Below are positions 9,992-21,882 of a stretch of DNA of 64,000 nt, piece after piece (position 1 is the first letter of the stretch; each line of letters begins with the position of its first letter). The notes below the pieces were generated by a model that saw only the letters and a list, made by a program, of their open reading frames with translations, was not told the origin of the DNA and searched no databases. The DNA comes from an uncultured Nitrososphaeraceae archaeon. Its GTDB lineage: Archaea > Thermoproteota > Nitrososphaeria > Nitrososphaerales > Nitrososphaeraceae. The stretch covers positions 32,001-96,000 of the forward strand of contig CAVSMN010000018.1 in the NCBI GenBank assembly GCA_963729045.1, read 5' to 3'. The position numbers and the translations under genes were made by a program.

Positions 9992-10904
9992 ATGTCTGAA
10001 GGGCCCGAGGTAAAGATTATTGCAGACAAGATATGGAATGCACTATCGGGTAAAAGAATAATCAATATTTTGCATAACAAAATTGACAGCAGTCTTAAAG
10101 ATAAAATAATCGGATCCTCTATCTGAATATGTGAAGACATTCGGAAAAAATATTATCATTAAATTTTCATCTGGGGTATATCTAAGGAATCACATGATGA
10201 TGTGGGGAAAATGGCGAATTTATGAAAGAACTGAATATGAAAGTGGGATTGCAAAATCACCACCGCGTTCCTCCTATGGAAAAAGAAAGCATAAAAACAC
10301 AGATAAAATTCAAGTTAAAAGAGATGAGGTATCGGATGTGAGGAAAGACTCTAGGACTAGATTAACCATTATTACATTGGATAAGGTTTTGATTCAGTTT
10401 AATGGTCCCATATTGCAATTTTCATTGAATGATCCTGCAACTATGGAACCTATCGTATCGTTGGGCCCTGATGCATTGAGCCCTAATTATGACAAAGATA
10501 TAGTAATGGACATCATAAAATCAAAATCTAAAAATACGGAAATGATAATCTCAAATGCCTTATTAGACCAGAAAATATTGAGTGGAATCGGAAACAAGTA
10601 TAAATCAGAAATTTTATTCTTAAATAATATCTATCCTCTTGAAAAAGTGACGAAAGTCTCTAAGGATGAATTGAATAACCTTGTAATGGATGTACCCAGA
10701 ATATTGAAATATGGTTATGAAAATAACGGTAGAATAAGAAAGCCCAAGGATAAAGAAAAGATCTCATGGGATACAACGCATTGGGTATTTAGAAGATCTG
10801 GAAAACCTTGTTGGATATGTGGTACCAAAATTGTATCAGAAAGAAAATTAACAACAAGGCCTACTTTTTGGTGTCCCAATTGTCAACGAATCAACGTCCA
10901 CTAA
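9992..10904 (+). pseudogene. Fpg/Nei-family DNA glycosylase/AP lyase with a +1 frameshift near 10124
   Basis: ATG at 9992 gives MSEGPEV...; stop at 10124; other frame continues EYVKTFGK...HMMMWGKW...LGPD...LLDQKILSGIGNKYKSEILF (H2TH) and CWIC...CPNCQ zinc finger. Confidence 0.88.
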
Positions 10905-10948
10905 TATTGGCAGATATATGCCAAGTCTTTTTAATCATGTAAGTTGCA

Positions 10949-12826
10949 TCAGGCAGCTTTAAAACTATTTTTTGATTTACTTTTATTTTTTATATGGAAT
11001 TGATTTTGGTATGTAGCCTCAATTTTTTCTAATCCATCAATGTCTTTTAGTTCTTTGTCATATCTGATATTTTTTATTCTAGGAAAACGTAAAGCATATC
11101 CACTGCTGTGTCGATCGCTTTTTTGAACGGTATCAAAAGAAACCTCTAGAACAATTTCAGGTCTTACAATAATCTGGCTACCTTCATCTCTTATTATAAT
11201 TGACCTCAATTTCTCGGTCATATAATCAATCTCTTTATTGGATAGACCCGAATATGCCTTACCGATTATTTTCAGATCACCAAAAACATTATTCCCATTT
11301 TCCGATGCTAATTTGTTGTCGACAAAATTAGTGGTGTAATCTTTTACTGCCAAAGTATAATCTGAGAGTGTTCCTGCTCGTTTTCCATGACCATATTCAG
11401 CAATTACTACAACCGCATCAATCGTATCTAACTCCTCCTTCAATTTTATCCAATATTTTCCTCTTTTACCAGGATAATACTGCGATAAAGGATCTTTAAA
11501 GACCAAGCCCTCATGCCCTTCATTTCTACTTTTTCGAAATCTATTGGTTATTTCATCTACAGATGAAACTAACTTGCTTTGAGCAATAGAAATAATAGAG
11601 TCTTTAAACTGAAAATTTGCCAATAATCTCTTTCTAGATTCAAGAGTATCTTTGATTACCTGTCTTTGATCATAGAGCATTACATCATATACAATATAAC
11701 AAACTGGTATTTCAGATAAAATGGAGTTTGTCATGCTTTTTCTTCTCAACCGTTTTTGTAGTTCTTGAAATGGTAATGGTCTATCATTTTTGAAAGCTAT
11801 TAGTTCACCATCCAAAATGAAATTTATATCGTCACGATCGATATCACTGACATCACTTTTATCAGAAAGGATATTATGCTTTTTTTGACTTGTTTTTACT
11901 TTTTTTCTTCGTACATCCAACGCAGAATTAGTTAATTCTGGAAATGCATATGAAATATCAGCAAGATTGCGAGAGTAGAGTTTGCAAACCTTCCCGAATT
12001 TGTGCAATTGTACTCTGATACCATCATATTTGTATTCACAAAGAAGGGGCCTATCAAAATATTTGACAATCTCTTCTGCAGTAAACATGACATCAGCCAA
12101 CATGAAACTCATAGGAACAAATGGTTTAATCGTTACTAAGTTCAATTTATCTCTTTTCGACAATAAAGCTACATTTGCAATATCACCGGACATCAGCATT
12201 GCTTCCCGAATACTTTCAATATTTTTTTCAAATGCTTTTGCAATGGCTATTTCTATAAGGCCATCATAGGAACCTATCCGCATTTCATTTGATATTATTT
12301 TTACAAGGTACTTAGCCTCCAAAGGTGAGCATCTCAAAAGTAATCCTTTTAAGATATTTTTTTTGTCGTTGTTAGACCGTGGACCTCTAAGATTTGCTAT
12401 TCTTTTAAACTGATCATATATTTCCTTTAAGGTTGGTTTTTCTTCCAGAGTTTCTACGATATTGAAAAGTGTTACTATCTTTTTTTTAGAAATTGCATAC
12501 TCGGCTATGGTTCCCATATCGCCGTGTTCTAAATGAATTCGCATAACATCTGTCTTATCTAATCTAGAGATTTCTAACAGAGACTGTAGTATTGTTCTAA
12601 ACCCTACATTTAGATTATGAATTGATCCCCTTGGGAAAATCTTTCCAGACAAAAATAGAACTGCAATAGGTAGAGAATCTTCATCCAAGCCTGAAATATA
12701 TTGTACGATTAAATCGACTTTTTTATTCTTGCTTGTCGTAATCCGTATGGATTCACATGTCTCAACCAAGGTAGAAAAATAAGATACCTTGTGGCGAATA
12801 TCATCTGTCAAGTCAATCCCACTCAA
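10949..12826 (-). CDS. lig: ATP-dependent DNA ligase (DBD-NTase-OB)
   Basis: EYKYDG motif I, ILDGE, VYDVM, EGLVFK, WIKLK and ALRFPR motif VI. Confidence 0.95.
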   Translation of the reverse strand: MSGIDLTDDIRHKVSYFSTLVETCESIRITTSKNKKVDLIVQYISGLDEDSLPIAVLFLSGKIFPRGSIHNLNVGFRTILQSLLEISRLDKTDVMRIHLEHGDMGTIAEYAISKKKIVTLFNIVETLEEKPTLKEIYDQFKRIANLRGPRSNNDKKNILKGLLLRCSPLEAKYLVKIISNEMRIGSYDGLIEIAIAKAFEKNIESIREAMLMSGDIANVALLSKRDKLNLVTIKPFVPMSFMLADVMFTAEEIVKYFDRPLLCEYKYDGIRVQLHKFGKVCKLYSRNLADISYAFPELTNSALDVRRKKVKTSQKKHNILSDKSDVSDIDRDDINFILDGELIAFKNDRPLPFQELQKRLRRKSMTNSILSEIPVCYIVYDVMLYDQRQVIKDTLESRKRLLANFQFKDSIISIAQSKLVSSVDEITNRFRKSRNEGHEGLVFKDPLSQYYPGKRGKYWIKLKEELDTIDAVVVIAEYGHGKRAGTLSDYTLAVKDYTTNFVDNKLASENGNNVFGDLKIIGKAYSGLSNKEIDYMTEKLRSIIIRDEGSQIIVRPEIVLEVSFDTVQKSDRHSSGYALRFPRIKNIRYDKELKDIDGLEKIEATYQNQFHIKNKSKSKNSFKAA

Positions 12827-13368
12827 TCAAATGTATGGTTAGATAATTTTACCCCAATATTAGGTATTGTGAGAACATTTCAAGATAATATTGTTCAAAA
12901 ATATAAAGATATAATTATAAATAAAGAAATTATTTACTTTGGACATTCAATTCATAAGTTTTCATTGTTTCAAGATGCTCAATTCAGCAGGGACCGTTGA
13001 ATTTTAGAATTGGAATATGTCATATGACCAGGTAAATCTTTGGTACAAATATTCCCTTCTTCATGTTGTTTTTTATATTGCGATTATTATTCTTCAGGTT
13101 AAATCTATTCCACCATATTTAGTATGTCTCTAAAACTATTATGCTTCATATTTTTGACATATTCTTATTAAATCCAACTTGCTGTGAATTATTGTATGAT
13201 GACTGACTAAGTTCAGGGACAAGCGATTGACAGTCAACAATACGTCCAAATAATTTATTCTACTTGTATGTATTGATAATTTTTTTCTTATATCGTATTA
13301 TGTTTATTAAATCTAGATTCCATCCTGATCATTTTAAAATACCTTTCATTAATATCACACAGCATAAC

Positions 13369-14229
13369 ATGAATAACAATAATCAAGATAATGAAAGCAT
13401 ATCAAAGTCGGGAGAAAGGGTAGCAGTAATAACAGGTTCGAGTAAGGGAATAGGCAGGGCTATTGCCTTAAATTTTGCAAAATCGAAGGATTATTCATCT
13501 ATAGTAATTAATTCAAGAAGTATAGATGAAGCTGAACTAGTAGTACAAGAAATAAAAAAAACCACTAAATGTGATTCAATTGCTATCCCAGGAGACGTTG
13601 CACAAGAGAAAGACTGTATAAGATTGATTGATGACACAGTAGATAAATTTCAAAGATTGGATGTATTAGTTAATAATGCAGGAATTCAAAAAGAAATTCC
13701 ACTGACTGAAACAACTCTTCAGGATTGGTATAACATTATATCAGTAGATCTTACTGGTCCTTTCATCTGCAGCAGAGAAGCAGTTAAACAAATGAAGGTA
13801 CAAAATAATCCTCGCGGCGGATGTATAATTAACATATCTTCTGTTCACCAGATTATTCCAAGACCCCATTATGTACCATATGCAACCGCAAAAGGTGGAA
13901 TCGATATGATGACAAAAACCATGGCACTAGAGTTGGCTACCGAAAACATACGAGTAAACATTGTCGCACCAGGTGCGATAGACACGGATATGAATATTAA
14001 TTTACGTACTGATGCTCAGGAACGTGAAAACACCTTAAGAAAAATACCCATGGGTAGAATAGGAAAGGACGAAGAAGTAGCAAACGTGGTGGAATTTCTT
14101 GCATCCAATAAGGCTAGCTACATAACTGGAAGCACTGTGATAGTTGATGGAGGAATGACCCTGTACCCCTCGTTTTCTCTTGATTACGATCATAATTCCA
14201 CTCATATTTTTCCAAAAGGTTCAATGTGA
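13369..14229 (+). CDS. SDR oxidoreductase, glucose 1-dehydrogenase-like
   Basis: TGSSKGIG, NNAG, SSVH, YATAK, PGAIDT; ATG at 13369 preferred. Confidence 0.92.
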   Translation: MNNNNQDNESISKSGERVAVITGSSKGIGRAIALNFAKSKDYSSIVINSRSIDEAELVVQEIKKTTKCDSIAIPGDVAQEKDCIRLIDDTVDKFQRLDVLVNNAGIQKEIPLTETTLQDWYNIISVDLTGPFICSREAVKQMKVQNNPRGGCIINISSVHQIIPRPHYVPYATAKGGIDMMTKTMALELATENIRVNIVAPGAIDTDMNINLRTDAQERENTLRKIPMGRIGKDEEVANVVEFLASNKASYITGSTVIVDGGMTLYPSFSLDYDHNSTHIFPKGSM

Positions 14230-14421
14230 CACGATATAAGAAGGTAGATAATATTAGATCCCGTACTACCAAAAAATCAGATTATAAATGTAGATCTAAA
14301 AAAGCTGCTACAAAAATGTGAAGAAATATTAGATGAAATATTACCATTAATGATTATCGGAATAAAAAGTATGGGATAAAAATTATTGAATCATTCAATA
14401 ATTTTGTCTTTTCGGATCCAA

Positions 14422-15294
14422 CTAGCTTTGTAAATACTTACCTAAAAAGTCTAGAGTTTTTTTCCATGCATCTGCTGTCTCTGTTGGGGCGTAATTATCA
14501 TTAGATGGATTTGCAAAGGCATGACCAACATTAGGATAAACATAGATCTCATTTGGCACTCCAGTATCATTTAAAGCCTTTTGGAACTGCTTGACAGAGT
14601 CAACCGAAATTGACTGGTCCTTCCCTCCAAATATTCCTAGAACTGGTGATGTAATATTCGAAATCGCTTGGGAATCATTGGTTAGTCTACCGTAGTAGAT
14701 AATTGTGGCGGCAAGAGGATCATCCTTGCTGTTGAGGGCCAATTGCAATGATTGTTGACCCCCAAAGCACCAACCCAGGGATGCTATCTTTGACGGGTCG
14801 ACATTGTCAAGGGATTTCAAATAATTTACAGCTGCTTTCATGTTTTCTATCGCAATGTCTGGATTTTCCCTAATCGCCCCAGTTAGTTCTCCTGAGCGTT
14901 CCGAATTGTTGGTGACGACTTCGCCATTAAAAAGATCCACAGCTAATACCACATATCCGTTTTTGGCAAGCAGATTGGCGGATTCTTTGATAAAGTCATT
15001 CAATCCCTTGTTTTCATGGATCAGAATGACAGCAGGAAGTACTGCTTTTTCGCCGCTTTGGTTTTGGTTTGGATAAACCAAATAGCCTGTGGTGTTTCCT
15101 CCAAAATACGTTACCGTCTTGTTTTCTATTGATTGAAGATTTGCGCCGGTAGATGAACTATTGTCCCCAAAACTCACCAAAGTCATAGCGGATAAACCGG
15201 TACTTTGTTGAGCATGGATTGTCGGTGTAGACGCTATCAAGAAGGAGGGAAATATAAAAATTGCTAGTAAAGTAATTATGGTAGATTTTTTCAT
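14422..15294 (-). CDS. secreted dienelactone hydrolase family protein
   Basis: Signal peptide; IHE..GL, GWCFGG nucleophile elbow, G.KD, GHAFAN. Confidence 0.92.
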   Translation of the reverse strand: MKKSTIITLLAIFIFPSFLIASTPTIHAQQSTGLSAMTLVSFGDNSSSTGANLQSIENKTVTYFGGNTTGYLVYPNQNQSGEKAVLPAVILIHENKGLNDFIKESANLLAKNGYVVLAVDLFNGEVVTNNSERSGELTGAIRENPDIAIENMKAAVNYLKSLDNVDPSKIASLGWCFGGQQSLQLALNSKDDPLAATIIYYGRLTNDSQAISNITSPVLGIFGGKDQSISVDSVKQFQKALNDTGVPNEIYVYPNVGHAFANPSNDNYAPTETADAWKKTLDFLGKYLQS

Positions 15295-16027
15295 CAAGAA
15301 TAAAAACATATTATTGCTTTTAACTATTTTGTAAATCCGATAATGTTTGAATTAGACTGGTAAAACTTAATTTCTATTTATTGTACGGAATGATTCCAAG
15401 TCGTCAAATAATGTGATAAAAAGTGTCAATTGGAGAAAGGGTTTGGATAATATACCAAAGTTAAATAATGGTTTATTCCCAAGATTGCAATGACTGTCTA
15501 ATTTAATATCAAAGTACAAGATGGCTAACAAGTCAACGGTTAATGTGCGCTTACATATAGGTCACAGAATAATTTTAATGATACTGCTATACTCAAAACT
15601 TGAATTGTTAAACAGACATCACAATACCAGTTACAAAGTCTTAGGAAATATTGGCAATTAGCTAGCAAGGGTAAGAACAAAGAATAGTATAGTATGTATA
15701 TAAATATTTTATTTATTTTTTGTTATAACATTATTGAATATCCTATTTATACCAAGTCGGAAAGATTTTATCTATACGGCTAAGGTGTTCACTGCATCCG
15801 TATAGTCCAATAGAAATGAGGATTAAAGGTTTATTGCCATAGACAATAAACTCATTTCTTGGTCTCTAAACAAATTATGATTTAATATTCTAAAATACTA
15901 CTAATGCTTTAAAAAGATGAGTACCTTCATAAACATATTAAAAGTACTGTTGAGATTTATCAGAAATGGTCAGCTAATATCAAGATCTCATAATAAAATT
16001 TATTAAGATTATCAACAAAAATTGCAA

Positions 16028-17073
16028 ATGAACGATCACAAGTCTTCTATCATTTTTGATTTGGATGGAACAAAACCTCAATTCTCTATGCCACATGGTA
16101 ACAGAACGGTAATGAATGCGGATAACTTTCCAGTTTTAAAGGGGATGGGAGCAGTCTTACTTCGCATGGAAAAAGGTGGAGTTCGCGAACCCCACTGGCA
16201 TCCTAATGCGGCTGAGTTGAATTACTGCATTTCAGGAAATGCTAAAATGACAATTTATAGTAATAATGCTCGAAAAGATACAATCATGATAAATCCAGGA
16301 CAATTGACTTTTATACCTACAGGATGCTGGCATGATATTGAAAATATAGGTGAAGAAGAATTGAAAATTGTTATTGTTTATGATAATGAACGCTTTGAAG
16401 ATTTGGGGATATCTGGATCAGTTGGATCTTTACCTGCGCGGATTTTGAATAGTATCTTTGGAATCAACTCCACGGGATTATTTGATGAATTAGGTGACGG
16501 ATCATCTGAGGATGTAATATTTGGTAGGAAAACAATCAATATTTCTAAAATCATAGTGACAACGAGATCGAAACCTCAAATCCACATACCTTGAATCTTA
16601 GTGATACTACTCCCCAGGTCCAAACTCCTGGTGGAACTGCTGTTTTAGGAAGTGTACCCTATTTTCCGATACTCAAAGGCTTATCGGTATTTCTCCTGAA
16701 TCTGAAACCAAAAGGGATAGTAGAACCCCACACCCATCCAAATGCGGGAGAGTTGAACTACGTGATAGAAGGAAAAGTTCGATTTACCGTATATGGTCCT
16801 AATAAGGAGATAGAGACATCCGAAATTGGTAAAGGTCAAGTCTTTTTTGTTCCTGCAGGATATTTCCATTATCTAGAGAATTCAGATGATGTAAATAACG
16901 GTACTGTAGCTTCCTTTTTCGGTAATGAAAATCCAGAGTTTATAGGACTGGTTGGAGGCCTCAGCTCATATTCTGACGAGGTCCTTGAAGCTGTATTTAA
17001 TACAGACCAGAAATTCTTTAGTAATCTTCCACGACTAGTGAAAAATGTGTTAATTGCTCCCGGATTAGATTAA
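16028..17073 (+). pseudogene. oxalate decarboxylase-like bicupin split by one frameshift
   Basis: REPHWHPNAAE (domain 1) and EPHTHPNAGE (domain 2); linker NEIETSNPHTLNL is in frame with domain 2; shift near 16545-16552. Confidence 0.82.
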
Positions 17074-17537
17074 GACATCCTCGAATAAATCTATGAAATT
17101 AAACTCGGCAGACATTCTATTTTTTATGTCAATATCCTTAAATGAAATCCTATTCCAATTATGATTATAATTGTATCCGAGTAGGCAGCTACAATAATGT
17201 TCTATAAAGGCATTTTAGGGGATTTTAGGAAAGTTCGTGAAATTAGAGACACATCAATTAGTCTATTTGAGCAAAAATGTAGTATGCGGTCATTGCGCTA
17301 CTAAAATATGTTTTGTTTTGATTATTTCTAGTAGATTGAGTTGACAAATCTAATATGGTTGTTAGCAATAATATCTAAAAAATCAATTACAAAATATAAC
17401 TTAAAAAATACCATCGTCAATTCATCCTCCGATCCATAATGGAATGAGCAGACATTTAAGCCGAACAACTAATTTCTACTAGCACAGGTATATCATCAAG
17501 AAAGTATAAACGACTACTTTTATCACTAGAATGTAAG

Positions 17538-17978
17538 TTGAAAGAAATTCTTACAGAGATCGATATTAGCGCATCTGCTAGTAAGACATGGGAAATACTA
17601 ACAGATTTTAAGAACTTTCCACAGTGGAACCCTTTTATTCGTCAAATAGAGGGAACACCGATTGTTGGCGCAAAGCTCAAAATATATCTTCACACATCAG
17701 GTGGAAAGAATAGAACTTATCAACCAACAGTAACTAAGGTAGAACCTGATCATGAGCTTCGTTGGTATGGAAAATCATTCATACCAGGATTTTTCAATGG
17801 AGAACGTATTTTTACAATTGATTCGTTTGAAACAAATCACGTGCACTTTGTACATAAAGAGGTCTTTACGGGGATTCTTGTAGGTATCGTAGGAAATAGT
17901 TTGGATAAAGATATGTATCAAAGTTTTACGAAAATGAATGAGGCCTTAAAACAAAGGGTCGAACAGATGGCCATTTGA
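17538..17978 (+). CDS. SRPBCC/START-domain protein
   Basis: EIDISAS..KTWEILTDFKNFPQWNP...ELRWYG...HKEVFTG...MNEALKQRVE. Confidence 0.88.
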   Translation: MKEILTEIDISASASKTWEILTDFKNFPQWNPFIRQIEGTPIVGAKLKIYLHTSGGKNRTYQPTVTKVEPDHELRWYGKSFIPGFFNGERIFTIDSFETNHVHFVHKEVFTGILVGIVGNSLDKDMYQSFTKMNEALKQRVEQMAI

Positions 17979-18450
17979 TCGACGATATGTAATTTTCAAA
18001 CTATATTTCCTAATAATCACGATGTTAATTGATATTTTTGAAAAATAAATATAACAATAAATTCCACCTGACAAGGATCGATTCTGTAACTTTATCGGTA
18101 TCTAGGATCTTTTGATTGATATGAGAAATGATTAAGATTTAGATAGTTATATGTTCAGAACAGGATTATTATAATCGGACGCTTAAAGAACCTTACAGTT
18201 TGCAACGAGTATTTATCTTGATCAACTTTTAATATTTTTACAGACATGTTCATAACAGGAGCTTGACAACCTATCATAAATTAATGTAAGATCAATAGAA
18301 AGGTGTAAAGAAAGATAAAATCCCAAAGGTTATTGATGAGATAAACCTGTCTTGATCGCAAATTCAATAACGGTAACTAGTCTCTAATTATTCTACACGA
18401 GATAAAAAAGGAAACAGAATTTTCAAATTTTTCATAAAACTAAATTGATC

Positions 18451-18990
18451 CTATGTTTTCTCATAAGCTTGAATTAAAGTTTGTATATCGAGCTTTTGCA
18501 TTTGAAGCATTGCTTTCATCACCCTTTGCGATTTTATTTGATCCTTGTCTTGTATCATTTTAGACAGCACCTTAGGTACTATTTGCCAAGAAACCCCATA
18601 TTTGTCCTTGAGCCAACCACATTGCTGTGCGTTTTTGTCTCCGTCTTCTGACAGTTTCTCCCAATAATAGTCCAGTTCTTCTTGAGTGTCACATAACACT
18701 TGAAACGAAATGGCTTCGTTGAATTTGAACACTGGACCACCATTGAGGGCCATAAATTTTTGATTTTCTATATCAAAATCTACTGTCATTACAGTACCTT
18801 CTTCCATGCCGTGAATCTCATATCCTTCTTTTCCATATCGGGTAACTTGACCCATTTTTGAGTTTTTAAAAACTGAGACATAAAAATTTGCTGCTTGTTC
18901 AGCTTGATTATCGAACCAAAGAAACGGAGTAATTTTCTGTATATGGCTTGATTTCTCTTCACCTATTTTTGATACATTTGATTCATTCAT
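18451..18990 (-). CDS. VOC-family PhnB-like protein (3-dmu-9_3-mt domain)
   Basis: QKITPFLWFD..AE.AA.FY, ALNGGP, EAISF, CGWLKDKYGVSWQIVP. Confidence 0.92.
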   Translation of the reverse strand: MNESNVSKIGEEKSSHIQKITPFLWFDNQAEQAANFYVSVFKNSKMGQVTRYGKEGYEIHGMEEGTVMTVDFDIENQKFMALNGGPVFKFNEAISFQVLCDTQEELDYYWEKLSEDGDKNAQQCGWLKDKYGVSWQIVPKVLSKMIQDKDQIKSQRVMKAMLQMQKLDIQTLIQAYEKT

Positions 18991-19358
18991 CAAGAAAGAT
19001 ATAAGTTGAAAATATAAAAGTGTGCAAGGGATCAAAAGTATAGTCACAACAATAGTTCAAAGATTTAAAAGGGCATGTGTTGCGAATGCAATTTAGACTA
19101 TGAATGCAATTTATGTTCCATACTAACGTAAGGCTCATTCTAAAAACATCATTAAAGGAATGGAAATATCCTTTAAAACCCGCAAACTAGCTAATTTTTG
19201 CTCCCTTATCTCTTCACCCATATCTCTACAAAACGGACTTTGTCGTGGATGATAGTTCTTTTTTAGAATTTTAATCTTATCTCCCAATAATACAATATGA
19301 TACTAAATTCATTTTCACTATAGTAAATAATTAATTAGCTTGATTCTAAATACTCTGT

Positions 19359-19661
19359 ATGTCTGATAACCCTATGCGGATGCGGGAATTTCTGGATGCC
19401 AATTCGCCTTTTATTTATTTTTTCTTTGAAGGTTTAACACATGAATTAATAATCGATTTCGACAAGGAGATCTTAGTTCTTCGTCCATCTAATGATGATA
19501 GAAAATCCCATCGTAATGAATATGAAAAATCGGGTGGTAACCTTTTGTATCTTAATTTTTTACATGATGCAAAAGAAAAGTCGATTACGATAACAGATCA
19601 AAATGGTATAGAGATTATTCACTTTAACTACCTTAGCTATTTTAAACATGGAAGGCTCTAA
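19359..19661 (+). CDS. hypothetical protein
   Basis: ATG ORF of 100 aa with an AT-rich box about 30 bp upstream; no motif. Confidence 0.55.
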   Translation: MSDNPMRMREFLDANSPFIYFFFEGLTHELIIDFDKEILVLRPSNDDRKSHRNEYEKSGGNLLYLNFLHDAKEKSITITDQNGIEIIHFNYLSYFKHGRL

Positions 19662-20287
19662 TCAATATCCTTCTCCGTCTGATTTACATTTGCTGAAAAC
19701 TATAAAAGTAGTCGATGATCACTTGACTAATTAATTCTTAAAATTTTCCTTATTTTATTTATGCGATTCAGCTATAAAATATCTAGTTCCTCCTCATTGA
19801 AATCTAATACCTTACTAAACTCCAACGAATGTAAGAACGACAATATGTTTACCAGAATTCTTATATTGTACTCTGAAATTTCTTGAGTTTTATGCAAATT
19901 CTTTGATATATATTATTTTATTCCTGAAAAGTTTAACTAACAACAATCATACCGACTGGGTTTTATTCTTAAATTCTTGATGAATCTTGTGTTAAACCTA
20001 AAATTAGATTTCAAAAAGTTTTTTAATATGTTCAACGAACACTAAAACTCACGACAATATCCTCCCTATAAGGTCTTGCGTTTTACCTGTAAGACCTTAT
20101 TGAAATTTCATACTTTTCTATCTATTACTTAGGAAAAAAGACGTTGATCAACTTCACGTAGATACTCAAATATGAGTAACATGATTAAGTGTTCCTGCCG
20201 GGCAGTTGATATAATAAATCAAAAAATGGAAACCATCCCAATTAGAAAAAATAAAATATTTGAAAAATTTTGTAAATATGGTTCATC

Positions 20288-21184
20288 TCATAATAACCCC
20301 TTGGCAATACATGATACAAAGTTTTTTGCAATAGAACCGCTAGCATCTAGATTTGGATTATAGATAGTTATGGTCATTCCAATTGCCTTTTGAGACGAAA
20401 TGAGGATTTTTAGAAGGTAGGATAATTCGGAAAATTCTAGCCCCCCATTACCCAACCTATAGTCAACCGCGGGCATTATTCTGTCATCCAATACATCAGC
20501 ATCTAAATGAATCCAAAAACCCGACAAATCCTCACTCGTTAGAAAATTTGAAACCGCCAGAGAGGCGGCCTTTTTTATTCCTAAATTTCGTACATCAGAA
20601 AGATCCAATACCTGCATTCTGGTATTTCTTACATCATTACTTCCGTAACTCATTGATTGTTCAGCATCACGATATCCAAAAACAACGATATCGTCATCCA
20701 GAACAAGTGGTTTCAGGCCGTCAATATTAGAAAGAATATTTGCCCCTCTGCCTGACACAACAGATAATTCCATATCAGCAACTTCCCCAGTTGTTGATGC
20801 CCGAGGTTGATAAAAATCAGAATGTCCGTCAATAAAAAATAATCCATATCTTCCAATTTTTCTCAATCCTAAATGGACGCCAATGAGAATGCTGCAATCA
20901 CCTCCTAAAACGATCGGAAAATTCTTTTTTTCTATTTCAATATTTACTATTTTAGAAAGGTCTTTTGAAAATAACGCAATAGAAGTGCCATTCAACAAAT
21001 GTGTGATAGGGTCTCGTATTGGATCATAATGCATTGATGGTTGAACACGACCAGCAAAAGTAGCATTCAATCTATCCATTAACCCTGCGTTCTTCAATGC
21101 CTTCGGAAGATTTTGTACTCCCGTATTTCGTAATCCAAGTGTTGAAGGGGCATCTATTATTACATATCTTGGTCCTTTTGCCAA
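20288..21184 (-). CDS. arginase/ureohydrolase family protein
   Basis: GGDCS, DGHSD, HLDADVLD...PAVD, YNP motifs. Confidence 0.92.
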   Translation of the reverse strand: MAKGPRYVIIDAPSTLGLRNTGVQNLPKALKNAGLMDRLNATFAGRVQPSMHYDPIRDPITHLLNGTSIALFSKDLSKIVNIEIEKKNFPIVLGGDCSILIGVHLGLRKIGRYGLFFIDGHSDFYQPRASTTGEVADMELSVVSGRGANILSNIDGLKPLVLDDDIVVFGYRDAEQSMSYGSNDVRNTRMQVLDLSDVRNLGIKKAASLAVSNFLTSEDLSGFWIHLDADVLDDRIMPAVDYRLGNGGLEFSELSYLLKILISSQKAIGMTITIYNPNLDASGSIAKNFVSCIAKGLL

Positions 21185-21429
21185 CCTAGATCATGAATCA
21201 AAGTTATTTTTTAGGTTATGTATAATATTTTGTTTAGATGGACTCAGACTCAGAGCTTTTATGGTAAATATTTCAGAAAACATATGTCGCTACTTCTAAA
21301 AAAAGGAAAATCGAAAATAATCTTCTATAGTTGAGAGAAAATGTTCACGGGTATTAGATTCATAGGTATACAATATGTTATATTTGAAGTATCAAATGAC
21401 TAAATAGAAAAAAAGGAGGAGAAGGTTAT

Positions 21430-21882
21430 TTATCCTTGTGCTAATGCGTTGCTTCCTGTATTTTCTTGACTTTGGACGTTGATGTTGTTACCAGAACCTA
21501 TTGTATCTGCACCTGATACTACTTGGCTGTTTTGGCTGGAGGATTGAGATTGGCTGATGCTTTGTTCTGCAGAGTTTCCACCCTGTCCACCTTGTGCTAA
21601 TGCGTTGTTTCCACTGTTCTTTTGGTGTTGGAAACTAAGGTTGTTGCATGAGAGAAAGGTTGTTCCACCTGATACACATCCAGCATTTTGGTTTGATGAT
21701 TGTGATTGGTCTATGGACTGTTTTGCTTTATTTTTCTTGTTGTGTGTGGCTAAAGCATCATCTACATTGAGCATTGGACTGACAAATAGGGTTAATGCTA
21801 CCACTATTGCAATTGATGCGACAAAGATTTTGCTGTTTTTGTTTTTGTTTTTGTTTTGGTTGTGAATATTTGTTTTATTCAT
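21430..21882 (-). CDS. secreted Gln/Ser/Asn-rich two-repeat protein, copy 2
   Basis: Same as 9285..9737 except the C-terminus (ALAQG instead of AAAQQ). Confidence 0.85.
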   Translation of the reverse strand: MNKTNIHNQNKNKNKNSKIFVASIAIVVALTLFVSPMLNVDDALATHNKKNKAKQSIDQSQSSNQNAGCVSGGTTFLSCNNLSFQHQKNSGNNALAQGGQGGNSAEQSISQSQSSSQNSQVVSGADTIGSGNNINVQSQENTGSNALAQG

